DNA of 59,310 nt. It comes from a virus (taxonomy: Duplodnaviria; Caudoviricetes). A model generated the notes under the pieces. The model saw nothing but the letters and a program-made list of their open reading frames with translations. It did no database searches and was not told the origin of the DNA. The DNA lies in the IMG/VR virus record IMGVR_UViG_3300009161_000051, positions 1-59,310 of that record. One strand, given 5' to 3'. Of the stretch, positions 45,614 through 55,737 are shown piece after piece. A program made the translations under genes and the position numbers. The stretch's first letter is position 1; each line of letters starts with the position of its first letter.

Positions 45614-48600
45614 ATGGAAGATTATGATCAGGATATTGCAAATGCCCTGCGTTTAGCACAACCATCAGAAGCAGCTAGAGAAGCACAACGCATACAAGCA
45701 TTCCGAGATCAACAGGCAGCAGACGAGCGTAGGTTTGCTCCTACGATTAACATAAGCAATCAAGGCCAAGTGATGAATGAGGCGCAACGGTATAGACCGA
45801 TGCCTTCAGCCACTGGTGAACCCGTCCAACCTGTCCAACCCGTCCAACCGGGCATGATGGGTCGTGCTTATTCTACAGCAACAGGTGGCAGAAACGCTCA
45901 GGCCGATATGAGCAGTGCTTTAGAAAATTTGCCTCAACCAATGGAATATTTTGATGACGTTGCAAAAGCAGCACGAGAATCAAGTGCATATGCAAAGCAA
46001 GGCATTAATAAAATGGGGGAATCTGGTAACCCTTTCAATCAAGTTGTAGGTGGTGGTGAGTATGCTCTTGGTTCTCTTGGGTATCTAGTTTCCCCTTTTA
46101 CAGGCGCAGTTACAAATTTAGTAACTAATCCGGCTAAAAAAGTTTTTGGTGAACCATTTGCCCAAAGAGCAGACATAGTTGCTAATTTAATAGACCCGTT
46201 TTCTCCAACGGCTTATGTGAAGGCGGGGCTTGCGGCAGCTATCCCTACATTAGCAATGGCTACTATTCCGGCTAAATCTAAAGCGATAGAAACTGCTTTG
46301 CAGGTAGCAAATCAAGCGTCTGATTTAAAAACCCCAGAACAGTTAGCTTTAGAAACAGCGCAAAAAACTGCACCTTTGCCTACACCTGCTTACAATCAGC
46401 CAATAGGCCCATTGTCTCCTCCAGTTGTTCCAAAAGGTTCTTCAGCATCGCAAGCAGTAGATTTGTTAGCTGAGACGCCTAAAGCAGATGCTGATGCTAT
46501 TAGGGCAAATAATCAGGGAACCGGGTTGGTTTACCCTGAAGATGAAGCACTTGAACGGTTAAGACTTAAATTATCACGTAAAGAACCAGCACTTGCTTTG
46601 GGAGAAAAAGCTCAAACCAGTTCTGTTGGCGATCCTTTGAATGAAAGAAGAATTATCCGCGCTCCAAGAGATGCGGAAGGCAACCCAATTGCAGGAAAGC
46701 CTGATTTCACGGTGGGCAAAATTACACCACAAGATTGGGTAAATCGTGCTGAAAGCATGATGAATGATAATGAAATTCAAGAAGCGTCAACGTGGTATGG
46801 AAAAATAAGAAGTATCTTTAACAATTACACAGGTGGTGATTCTGAAAAAACAAATAAATATATGAAGGCTTGGCTTGTAGGGCAGCAAAATGTTGATGTT
46901 GCTGGTTCATTAAAAAATGTGTTTTTACAAGCTGAACAATTTGCTAGAAAAATACCAGAAGCAGAAATGACTGGTGGAGGTATGCCTAACCCAACATATG
47001 CTATCCGTCAGGTTCTTAAAGATGAACCTATTGAATACGGCGTTGGGCAAAAAATTTCTGATTTTGTTGATTCTGCGGAAAATAAACCCGTCAGATCATG
47101 GATGGCAAATCATCCTGATGGCGGGTCGCCTTTTGTCGTTGATGTTCACACTGCAAGAGACACAGGATTGGTTGATCAAAAATTAATCAACCATTTAACT
47201 AAATTAGGATACAACACGGAAGATTTGAAAAATTTAAAACTTGATTTTAGTGATGCAATTTCACCTCAAAAATATGAAAATCGTTCAGAATTTGGGCATG
47301 AAATAACAAATTATTTAAATTCTATTACTTGGAAAGGCAGAAATGATTGGACGCCATTAGAAGTTCAGGCTGTTGGCTGGATGGGGATGACACGTTTAAC
47401 AGCGGATAAAGCAGAAGATGTTGTAAGCGGGTTTGAAAGAAACCTCCGTAGAATTTCTATGGAAGCTGCGCCCGGAGAGGGGTCGCCTATTCATACTTTA
47501 TATAACAACAGATTTAGTGTTTTGTCTTTGCCAGAAAAAGAAACAATTACTCAAAACATTACCAATAAAGCTCTGGAGGATGTGTCAAACCTCGTTGGTA
47601 TTGATTTAAGGTCTATCGCTCATGGATCGGGCGGTTGGAATATGGATATTAACCCATCCAGCGTTGGGCAGGTTTATGCAACTCCACAAGCTGCTCAAAT
47701 GGGTGCAAATATCCTTGGGCATATTTTGCAACAGTCTGAAGTTTGGTCAAATTCAGTAAAACCTTTAACACAAAACCCAAGCAGTTTTGCTATTGATTTT
47801 CTTGAAAATGGCACAACAAATCTACGCGATAATACGCAGCTTGCTGATTTTTGGAGCCGCATTCAAAAAGCAGACCCCGATAAAAAGAAACCTCTTTTTG
47901 TTGGATATCAGCCAATTTCTACACCAGATGGAAGAATTGGTATCCGTGTTTTAATTGATCGTGGTGGAGCAAAATTAGCAGAAACATTGACTTCCGCAAT
48001 TGAAGGGCCGATACAAAAAGAATTAAACAATATAGGATATGATGTTTCTGCTCAGGTGCATGAGGCAGAAATTTACAAAGCACAACATGATTGGAAAGGT
48101 GACCCCAGTGGGCAAAGTTACATTACTGCCGCCAGCAACCTCCTTGGACGAGATTCCACAAGCGATCTCAATAATTTACGGGAAAAATATCAGGAGCAAT
48201 TCCGACAGGAACTTGAGTCCGCAGAAGACAGAACCAAGCGACAAGGAACTTCAACAATTGATCAACAAGGACTACAAGGATCACCAGAAGAGGTATCGCG
48301 CCAAATTGACCAACGTGCCACCGCGCAAAATTACATTGAAGGAAATGCGGGAGCTTTTGAACAAAATTCATCCGATGTTCTGACAAAAGATGTTGGTTCA
48401 GGGCGGAACTTTACCGGGTTTTTTGCAAATATTACTTCTGGACTTACTGGCAAACCAACAACAATGGTTGGTTATAAACCTGCGTTTGATATTTCAAAAA
48501 TCAAACCGTTTTCAGAAGAGTATTTAAAACACATTGGAAATTTTGATGACCATATTGGTTCATCAATTCCCGCTTTTAGAGAAATACAACAGTCCGTTGG

Positions 48601-50806
48601 AAATTCAATTGTAAAAACTTTTGGGGAAGGTGCTAATATGCTTGATATTGGCGCGTCTGAAGGAGCTTTGGCAAAGACAATTACCCAATTAAGCAACGGA
48701 AAAATTAAAACAGTTGCATTAGACCCTAACCCGTCAATGCAAGCGTCATTTAACAATATTTCTCAAGTTCCCGGTTCAGAATACTACCTTGGTGCTTATG
48801 GTCATGCTGATGATGAAGGTAAAGTAGCTTGGACAGAAGACGCTATTCTTAAAGACAAAAACGGTGTTGATAGGGATAATCCACACGCAAATATAGACAT
48901 TCCTTATTACGCCCCTGATAGAAAATTTAATGTTGTCCATGAAGCAATGGTTTTTCAATTTATGAACAACAATCGTTCTGCTCAAATACAACGCGCAAAA
49001 GAACTTATGGAACCTAATGGTATTTTAATTTTAGAAGAAAAATTTATTCACGGCGACGGCTTAAATTTAGAAGAATTTTTGGCAAATGAAGTTAAAAAAG
49101 ATGCTTACAAAGAGCAATTTTTTACCCGTGAAGATATTGAAAGAAAACGCCAAGCTATTCTAAGCGGGAAAGAAGATGAATTTGTTGAAGGAGAAAAAGC
49201 AAAAGAAGCAGCCGTTGTTGGAATGCATGATTTGCAAGTTTCTCCCGGACATATTGAAAATGAATTAAAAAAGAATTTTAAAGTTGTTACACAATTTTGG
49301 GATAGTGGAAATTTCAAAGGCTATGTAGCATCAGATGATCCTGCTACATTGTCTCGTTTTTTAGCTAATATGCCATCTACAAACAGTGAATATTCTACAA
49401 TTCAAACACCAAGAATGGTTACGTCTCAAAGTAAAACACTTAATTCTCGTATTGATATGCCTCACAAAGATATTATGGCTCGCGATAAAGTTTTAGAAGA
49501 TAACGTATTAAAATTAACAAATAACGAGATTACCCCTGAGCAATGGGATGCGTTAGTTAATGAAAGAAAACCTGTTGAGCCATACTCAATGGATAGAATT
49601 CCTGTACCTGCAACACCAGAACAGGCTATCAATGCTTTAAACAAAGACAAAAAAGAAAAATATGGTTTAACGGATCAATATTACAAAGAAGGTGACCCCG
49701 TTAAACTACGATTGGATATTCCTGCTTATGAATATTATAGCACATGGGTTAATGCTATCCATGATGGAAGGTCTGGCGACGGGAAAAACCCTACTACCTA
49801 TAGCAGCGTAAGCGCGGCAACTAATGTTGAATTTGATGTATCCAAAACAGGATCAATGAAAACAGCAAAAGGAGGCAGCAAAGCCCCATATGCAACTATG
49901 AGCGGCAAATACAAGTCTGTAACGCCTGAAGAAGCATATGCTAAAGCTCAACAGTACTTTAATGATCCGCAATGGGTTCAAATTGGTATGGACCCAACAC
50001 GGCATTCTTTCTTTTATACCCGTGAAGGCATGAAGCCTGTTACAAGTGCGGAAGAAGTCCTTCAGATAGGCCCATTGGTTTTTGCAAAAAATCCAACTTA
50101 CGGCAACAGGGCTAATTATAAATTTAACCAAGGCGGTCGTGTAGGGTATGATAACGGCGGTGGAACTGGGCAAGGAATAGCCGCAGATTACATAAGCAAA
50201 GCACTTATGGCTGCTCTTCAAGGAACACAAGATGCTCCCGGCATAGCTGCGACACACGCTGGAGATTATGCAACAGAAGTTGCGGCTCAACATTTGGGTG
50301 CATTGCCTGAAGTCGCGCATGGCGTATTTGCAAATTTGCCTGAAGCTGCTAAAGGAGAACTTCTTTCAAGACCAACATTAGGCATTGATTGGTGGAATGA
50401 ATTTTTTAAAGAACAAGGTTTGCAAAGCCACCAAGTAGACCCAATGGTGCATGATTTAGCATTAGCTACAGCAATTCTTTCTCCAATTTCCGATACATTA
50501 AAATTAGGAACTAAAGCAGCGGAAATTGGCATTGAATCTGTTCCAGTTGTACAAAAACTTATAGCTCCCGCTAAAGAAATTAAACATTTTCCAATAGGAA
50601 CAAGCCATCCTAAAGTTGAAACAATAGCTCATGGTCTTGCAAAAACGGAAAAAGCGGGAACTAAAGTTGGTTATGGTTTAACAGCAAATGCTGAATTAAA
50701 TCCACAATCATACGGCCCACCTGAAGGCCAAGTTAGTGCAACCCATCATGCCCGTGGTGGTTCAGTTGACCATGCGCTACAGTTAGCGCATTATTACAGT
50801 AATTGA
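45614..50806 (+). CDS. Large polyvalent (probably packaged) protein with HhH-glycosylase-like and CmoA-like SAM-dependent domains
   Basis: WY..; GQKISDF; VVDVHTAR; EVQAVGW; FDDHIGSSIP..MLDIGASEG..VFQFM..PNGILILEEK..GNF; C-terminal GG motifs. Confidence 0.7.
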   Translation: MEDYDQDIANALRLAQPSEAAREAQRIQAFRDQQAADERRFAPTINISNQGQVMNEAQRYRPMPSATGEPVQPVQPVQPGMMGRAYSTATGGRNAQADMSSALENLPQPMEYFDDVAKAARESSAYAKQGINKMGESGNPFNQVVGGGEYALGSLGYLVSPFTGAVTNLVTNPAKKVFGEPFAQRADIVANLIDPFSPTAYVKAGLAAAIPTLAMATIPAKSKAIETALQVANQASDLKTPEQLALETAQKTAPLPTPAYNQPIGPLSPPVVPKGSSASQAVDLLAETPKADADAIRANNQGTGLVYPEDEALERLRLKLSRKEPALALGEKAQTSSVGDPLNERRIIRAPRDAEGNPIAGKPDFTVGKITPQDWVNRAESMMNDNEIQEASTWYGKIRSIFNNYTGGDSEKTNKYMKAWLVGQQNVDVAGSLKNVFLQAEQFARKIPEAEMTGGGMPNPTYAIRQVLKDEPIEYGVGQKISDFVDSAENKPVRSWMANHPDGGSPFVVDVHTARDTGLVDQKLINHLTKLGYNTEDLKNLKLDFSDAISPQKYENRSEFGHEITNYLNSITWKGRNDWTPLEVQAVGWMGMTRLTADKAEDVVSGFERNLRRISMEAAPGEGSPIHTLYNNRFSVLSLPEKETITQNITNKALEDVSNLVGIDLRSIAHGSGGWNMDINPSSVGQVYATPQAAQMGANILGHILQQSEVWSNSVKPLTQNPSSFAIDFLENGTTNLRDNTQLADFWSRIQKADPDKKKPLFVGYQPISTPDGRIGIRVLIDRGGAKLAETLTSAIEGPIQKELNNIGYDVSAQVHEAEIYKAQHDWKGDPSGQSYITAASNLLGRDSTSDLNNLREKYQEQFRQELESAEDRTKRQGTSTIDQQGLQGSPEEVSRQIDQRATAQNYIEGNAGAFEQNSSDVLTKDVGSGRNFTGFFANITSGLTGKPTTMVGYKPAFDISKIKPFSEEYLKHIGNFDDHIGSSIPAFREIQQSVGNSIVKTFGEGANMLDIGASEGALAKTITQLSNGKIKTVALDPNPSMQASFNNISQVPGSEYYLGAYGHADDEGKVAWTEDAILKDKNGVDRDNPHANIDIPYYAPDRKFNVVHEAMVFQFMNNNRSAQIQRAKELMEPNGILILEEKFIHGDGLNLEEFLANEVKKDAYKEQFFTREDIERKRQAILSGKEDEFVEGEKAKEAAVVGMHDLQVSPGHIENELKKNFKVVTQFWDSGNFKGYVASDDPATLSRFLANMPSTNSEYSTIQTPRMVTSQSKTLNSRIDMPHKDIMARDKVLEDNVLKLTNNEITPEQWDALVNERKPVEPYSMDRIPVPATPEQAINALNKDKKEKYGLTDQYYKEGDPVKLRLDIPAYEYYSTWVNAIHDGRSGDGKNPTTYSSVSAATNVEFDVSKTGSMKTAKGGSKAPYATMSGKYKSVTPEEAYAKAQQYFNDPQWVQIGMDPTRHSFFYTREGMKPVTSAEEVLQIGPLVFAKNPTYGNRANYKFNQGGRVGYDNGGGTGQGIAADYISKALMAALQGTQDAPGIAATHAGDYATEVAAQHLGALPEVAHGVFANLPEAAKGELLSRPTLGIDWWNEFFKEQGLQSHQVDPMVHDLALATAILSPISDTLKLGTKAAEIGIESVPVVQKLIAPAKEIKHFPIGTSHPKVETIAHGLAKTEKAGTKVGYGLTANAELNPQSYGPPEGQVSATHHARGGSVDHALQLAHYYSN

Positions 50807-50819
50807 TTAGGAGAGCGGT

Positions 50820-51335
50820 ATGGGTTTGTTTGATTCAATGTTTGGCGGCGGCGGCGGAGATAATGCAAATTATATCGGCGGCTCAGACATGGGTGGCTAT
50901 ACGGGTTCAGGTAATAACCAAAACACATACGGCCCCGGCGGCAACTTGAGCAAAGAAGATTATAAAGAGCAATATGGCGGCAATGATAACAAAAATAACA
51001 ATAATCAAAACAATAACCAAAACAACAACAAACCAGCAGAACCAGTAGCTGATCCATATGTTGCCCCAGTATATGTCCCTCAAGAGGCATACACGCCGCC
51101 GCCACAGGCTGAATATGAATCACTTGGTGCAGTTCCTGCCGGGAACGCAAAGATGTCCTATCAGTCTTCTCCGGGGGTTGTATCAAAAAAATCTCTTGAA
51201 ATGGCCCGTGGAGGACAAGTTCATGGCAATGATGTTTCTGATATAGCCATAAGATTGGCAAAATTAATAATGGAAGAAATGAAATCTGATCCATTGTTTG
51301 AACGGAAGATTCAGAGTATCTTATCAAAAATGTAA
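50820..51335 (+). CDS. Low-complexity (Asn-rich) protein with GG motif
   Basis: AGGAG RBS; NNNNQNNNQNNN; MARGGQV..DVSDIAIRLA. Confidence 0.55.
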   Translation: MGLFDSMFGGGGGDNANYIGGSDMGGYTGSGNNQNTYGPGGNLSKEDYKEQYGGNDNKNNNNQNNNQNNNKPAEPVADPYVAPVYVPQEAYTPPPQAEYESLGAVPAGNAKMSYQSSPGVVSKKSLEMARGGQVHGNDVSDIAIRLAKLIMEEMKSDPLFERKIQSILSKM

Positions 51336-51364
51336 CTGCAATATTGCAGCTAAGGAGCAGGTCT

Positions 51365-53791
51365 ATGCATGAATATCTTAAAGCGGCTCGTTCCGGTGCT
51401 GCAAAACGTCTAAAAACAATTGCGACTGAAAAATCTCAAAAAGTTGACTCTTCTACATGGTCTCCAGCACCTGAATTGGAAGCTGGCAAGAAAACAGGTA
51501 TGCGACCCATCAGCAAACGGGCTTTTAAGTCTGGTGGCAAGGTAGTTGGCAAGATTGCTAAAGTACGTGCAGATCGTGTTGCACGGAAGAGCGGCGGCAA
51601 AGTTACATCAGAGCAGCCTCCTGTAGATCGGTACATCAACCGCGATCTTAAAAAGGCAAATGATTATCGTGAAGGCGGTGACAGCCACGTTGGTGCTTTA
51701 AAGAGCGGTGGCAGAACAAAGAAAGATATTGGCGGCGGGATGCCGTTTGAAGGTGCTAATACTGGTATTCCAGTTGGGCGCGGTAATGCCAAATTTCTTA
51801 ATACAGGCTTGAAGCGTGGTGGAGCAGCTAAAAAGAATGCAGGTGGACCACTTTTGGCTGGACCAGCATCACCAGAGATGATGGCTAAAAGATACGCCAC
51901 AGGCCCATCAGCGGTAGTTGCTCCTAATGCTCCACCTCGTAAGTTGGGCGGTCGTGCAAATAAAGCAAACGGTGGCTCAACTGATGAATTCATTAATCGT
52001 CAGGTAAAAAGATCAGAAGACGAGGAAGTGAAATTCCCTAAGAATGTTCCTTTGCCTCGTCCTCGTCCAAAGTCTTTGGATGCTTCCGAGTATCGTTACA
52101 AAGGTCCAAAGCGTGATCTTCCTAAGCCCGGTCTGCCCGGATACAAGAAGGGTGGCAAAGCTAATTGGGAAGGTTCTGCAAAGGATGAAGCGCAGGACAA
52201 GAAACTTGCAGCCAAGCGCGGCATTTCCATGAAGCAATGGGAAGCGTCCAAGGCTGACGACAAGCATGATTCTCAACAGTCCATGAAGGGGTTGAAGAAG
52301 GGTGGTCGCATTGATAAAGAAGATGGTGGGCCAATTCATCATTTTAGATTAAACTTGCAAAATGGTAAAGATAAAAGGACTCAAAATCTTTCATTTGGTG
52401 GAGAATCTCCAGCAGATGCGCTTATTAATAGAATTAAATTTGCAAATGCAGGTGGTTGGGACGTTACTGGAGCAAAACATACGGGGAGCTATGTTGGGGA
52501 TAAAAAATCAGCGGGGAGTAGTGCTGGTTTAATGAAGAAGGGCGGTCGCGCTCACAAAGCTGGCGGTGGAATGAATGAGCAAGCAAAGATGGCTATGATC
52601 ATTGCAAATGACCCCCATAGCAAACGGGATAAAATTGCGGGTTTCTTGCCACCTTCTACAAGAACATCTCTTAGCCTCCCTAGTTTGGAAAGCGGTGCTT
52701 CTAAAATGTCTGTTAAAAAAGCTCATGGCGGTCGCGCTCACAAGGCAAGTGGCGGTCTTAGTGAATTTGGTCAGGCCTTTAAGGAGGGTCGTGCCGCAAT
52801 GCTTGCAGGTGGCCCAAAGACGTTTGAGTACAATGGCAAGATGTATAATACAAACCTTGCCAAGCCATCTGAGGCGGGTAATCCACCTCGTCGCGGCGTT
52901 CCAAATCCACCTTCTGCAACAGAACGCTCGTACCGTGATCTTGAAAATACAACGGCAAAGAACAAAGCAAATTTTGAATATTCTAAACGAGTGGATGAAG
53001 TTGCCAAGGGTGTAGATGAGGCAGCAAAAAAAAGAAATGAAGAATCTGTAGCTCAAAATTACAGAAATAATTTAGCAGCAGCGGGTAAAACTGCTATAGA
53101 AAAACAAAGGGATCGTAGCAGTCAGGCAGATACTTCTTCTCCTCTGGCTCCTGCCACAGGATCAATGACTGGCCAAGTTGCTGATCCAACGACCATCCGT
53201 CGTCAATCAGGTCAACGGTCTTACATTCCGGGTATCCGTATGGGCGATCCTCGTCTTGGTGAACCAGCAATGGTCTTTGGGGGTGAGAAGCGTGGTGGAC
53301 GTATTGAAAAACGTGCAAAGCGCAAAGATGGCGGCAAAGTTTTCACTGGTGGTTCATACCCTAACAAGATTCCCGGCGTTGTTCCCGGCGGTCGCGTCAC
53401 TCGTGCTGAAGGCGGCGCAGTTGGCAAGAAGGGTGGCACCAACATAAACATCATCATCTCGCCTAAGTCTCCAGATCAGGGTCTTGGCGGAATGCCTCCT
53501 ATGCCTATGGATGCTGGCCCACCTCCTATGCCTCCTATGATGCCTCCAGAGGCTGGTCCGCCTCCAATGGGCGGTGGCATTGATCCTAACGTGTTGGCGA
53601 TGTTGGCTGCTAAGGGTGGCGGCGGTGGCCCTCCTCCAATGGGTGGCCCAATGATGCCTCCTCCCGGCGCACCTCCTATGATGCGTAAATCGGGTGGTCG
53701 CACTACATATCCAATCACAACAGCTTCTGGTGGTGGCAACGCTAGGCTTGAAAAAGTTCCTGCGTATGGGCTGAAACAGCCGACGTTCTAA
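51365..53791 (+). CDS. Basic polyprotein-like virion protein with about 19 KxxGG motifs
   Basis: AAGGAG RBS before MHEYLK; repeated [FLRYMK]KxGG and KxxGG; Pro/Met-rich C-terminus. Confidence 0.7.
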   Translation: MHEYLKAARSGAAKRLKTIATEKSQKVDSSTWSPAPELEAGKKTGMRPISKRAFKSGGKVVGKIAKVRADRVARKSGGKVTSEQPPVDRYINRDLKKANDYREGGDSHVGALKSGGRTKKDIGGGMPFEGANTGIPVGRGNAKFLNTGLKRGGAAKKNAGGPLLAGPASPEMMAKRYATGPSAVVAPNAPPRKLGGRANKANGGSTDEFINRQVKRSEDEEVKFPKNVPLPRPRPKSLDASEYRYKGPKRDLPKPGLPGYKKGGKANWEGSAKDEAQDKKLAAKRGISMKQWEASKADDKHDSQQSMKGLKKGGRIDKEDGGPIHHFRLNLQNGKDKRTQNLSFGGESPADALINRIKFANAGGWDVTGAKHTGSYVGDKKSAGSSAGLMKKGGRAHKAGGGMNEQAKMAMIIANDPHSKRDKIAGFLPPSTRTSLSLPSLESGASKMSVKKAHGGRAHKASGGLSEFGQAFKEGRAAMLAGGPKTFEYNGKMYNTNLAKPSEAGNPPRRGVPNPPSATERSYRDLENTTAKNKANFEYSKRVDEVAKGVDEAAKKRNEESVAQNYRNNLAAAGKTAIEKQRDRSSQADTSSPLAPATGSMTGQVADPTTIRRQSGQRSYIPGIRMGDPRLGEPAMVFGGEKRGGRIEKRAKRKDGGKVFTGGSYPNKIPGVVPGGRVTRAEGGAVGKKGGTNINIIISPKSPDQGLGGMPPMPMDAGPPPMPPMMPPEAGPPPMGGGIDPNVLAMLAAKGGGGGPPPMGGPMMPPPGAPPMMRKSGGRTTYPITTASGGGNARLEKVPAYGLKQPTF

Positions 53792-53810
53792 AGAACGTAC
53801 ATAGCCAGTT

Positions 53811-53852
53811 AAGAAAGGCCGCAGACCCTCCCTCTGCGGCCTTTTTTATTTT
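53811..53852. terminator. Bidirectional intrinsic terminator
   Basis: AAGAAAGGCCGCAGA-ccctccc-TCTGCGGCCTTTTTTATTTT between convergent genes. Confidence 0.85.
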
Positions 53853-54072
53853 AAAATGGTTGGAATGATGGGGTCATAACTTCTACTTCAACCATCTCAA
53901 CGCCAGATTTAGCAAAAACAAATTTGGCATCTTTTTTGGCAAGTTCTTTTTTCTCGTGTCGTTTATAAATGTAACCTGTTGCCGCAATTTTTGCGGAAGT
54001 TTCTCTTTTTTGTTCCCGTGTAAAATCATAATAACCTTTTGGTGTAATAGTCCAAAGCCACTTATTTTTCAT
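53851..54072 (-). CDS. Stand-alone (moron-like) hypothetical gene
   Basis: Only minus-strand gene in the head module; ACGGAG RBS; own promoter. Confidence 0.65.
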   Translation of the reverse strand: MKNKWLWTITPKGYYDFTREQKRETSAKIAATGYIYKRHEKKELAKKDAKFVFAKSGVEMVEVEVMTPSFQPF

Positions 54073-54077
54073 TTTGT

Positions 54078-54166
54078 TTCTCCGTTGAAGCGTTAGTCAG
54101 TTTGGCCTGACATACATTATATAGCATAGCTTGAGATGCAGGTCAACACCTATTTAAAATTATTTT
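54078..54166 (-). promoter_or_regulatory. Repeated early promoter cassette, copy 6 (inverted)
   Basis: Reverse strand: AAATAATTTTAAATAGGTG-TTGACC-tgcatctcaagctatgc-TATATA; hairpin; AACGGAG. Confidence 0.8.
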
Positions 54167-54224
54167 GGTGGGACTTACAGAAGATCACTAGAGCCGTTGG
54201 TTTGGCTCCCTGTATTTTGTCCAT

Positions 54225-54434
54225 ATGCAACAGACATATAGCAGCCGTTTAGAATACGAGGTTGGTCGTCTCATTGATGAGGCGATTGCCGATGAAACGT
54301 CTGTTTTGGTTGCCGGGTCTATTGAGGACATCAAAGACTACAAAATGCGCGTTGGCATGATCCGGGGCTTGTACAAGGCAAAGGAACTTATCAGCGAGGC
54401 AGACACCATTATTCAATCAGGGGAGAGAAGTTAA
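54225..54434 (+). CDS. Conserved small head-module protein
   Basis: G.IEDIKDYKMRVGMIRGL; precedes the GroES-like gene. Confidence 0.65.
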   Translation: MQQTYSSRLEYEVGRLIDEAIADETSVLVAGSIEDIKDYKMRVGMIRGLYKAKELISEADTIIQSGERS

Positions 54435-54435
54435 T

Positions 54436-54828
54436 ATGCCGTACATGAGAATGCATCATGCGGAAGACCCAAAGCAGATGATCATGAAAGAATTCAGCGA
54501 TATCAACAATATTGAGGTTTTCAACACAAGCATCATTGTAGCGATCTATGTCCGCCCGGATACGACCAAGAGCGGGATCGTTCTGCCCGGTCAGACACGG
54601 GATGAGGACAAATATCAAGGAAAAGTCGGTCTTGTTGTCAAAAAAGGCAACTTGGCTTTTGTCGATGACAACGAGACTTGGTTCAAAGATGTTTCAGTTG
54701 ATGTTGGGGATTGGGTTTATTTCCGTCCTTCTGAAGGCTGGGCAATGACAATTCATGGCGTTCTTTGCCGTGTGTTGAGAGACGTAGACGTGCGTGGAAA
54801 GATTTCAGCACCAGATGAGGTTTGGTAA
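54436..54828 (+). CDS. GroES-like co-chaperonin
   Basis: TKSGIVLP...VGLVVKKG..AF...VDVGDWV. Confidence 0.8.
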   Translation: MPYMRMHHAEDPKQMIMKEFSDINNIEVFNTSIIVAIYVRPDTTKSGIVLPGQTRDEDKYQGKVGLVVKKGNLAFVDDNETWFKDVSVDVGDWVYFRPSEGWAMTIHGVLCRVLRDVDVRGKISAPDEVW

Positions 54829-54829
54829 C

Positions 54830-55726
54830 ATGGCTAAGGAAGATGACATTCAAGTTGAGTTGCCATTTGACGATAGTGCCGGAGTGGCAGAGGTTGCAAA
54901 GCCAGTCAAAGAAGCAAAAGTAGCCGCTAATGATGAGCAAACACCTGAAGAAGGTATTGCTGAACTGCGGGAGCGGCTAGAGCAAGAGAAGAAAGCTCGT
55001 ATTGAAGCAGAAACTCGTGCAAATCAGGCACAGCAGTCTGCACACAAGGCTTCTCAGGACGTTCAAGATAGCAATTTGCAGTTAATCACAGGTGCAATTG
55101 ATAAAATTAAACGTGAGACAGGCTATAACAAAGCTGAATACCGCGATGCTTTAGCCTCTGGAGACTATGACAAGGCAGCAGACATTCAAGAAATGATGTC
55201 TCTGAACTCAGCAAAGCTCCTTCAACTTGAGAACGGTCGGGTATCTTTAGAGAATAAACTTGCACAGCCTCAGAAGGTTGAACCGCATTATTCTAATCCT
55301 GTTGAAGAAATTGCACAGACGCTTTCTCCAAGGTCTGCTGCTTGGGTTAGGTCGCATCCTGAGTGCATTACAAACCCACGCCTGTATAAAAATATGGTGG
55401 ACGCGCACAATGATGCTCTGCGTGACGGCTATATACCTGATTCAGAAGCATATTTTGACATGATTGAAACCCAACTGGGGTTTAAAAATCGTAGGCCACG
55501 CGATGATGGTGAAGATATAGTTCTTTCTGCTGCTTCAGCACCAGCACATAGGAGAGGCGCACCACCTGCCGCGCCTACTACCCGTACAGCATCAGGTACA
55601 GGCAACCGTACAACAACGGTCAGGCTCGACGCGAATCAGCGAGAGATGGCGTCGATGATGGGCATGACGCCTGAAGAATATGCCACAAACATGGTTGCGC
55701 TACGCAAAGAAGGCAAACTTAATTGA
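54830..55726 (+). CDS. Capsid scaffolding protein (putative)
   Basis: Acidic coiled coil; C-terminal VRLDANQREMASMMGMTPEEYA; upstream of capsid genes. Confidence 0.7.
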   Translation: MAKEDDIQVELPFDDSAGVAEVAKPVKEAKVAANDEQTPEEGIAELRERLEQEKKARIEAETRANQAQQSAHKASQDVQDSNLQLITGAIDKIKRETGYNKAEYRDALASGDYDKAADIQEMMSLNSAKLLQLENGRVSLENKLAQPQKVEPHYSNPVEEIAQTLSPRSAAWVRSHPECITNPRLYKNMVDAHNDALRDGYIPDSEAYFDMIETQLGFKNRRPRDDGEDIVLSAASAPAHRRGAPPAAPTTRTASGTGNRTTTVRLDANQREMASMMGMTPEEYATNMVALRKEGKLN

Positions 55727-55737
55727 AGGAGATTGTT

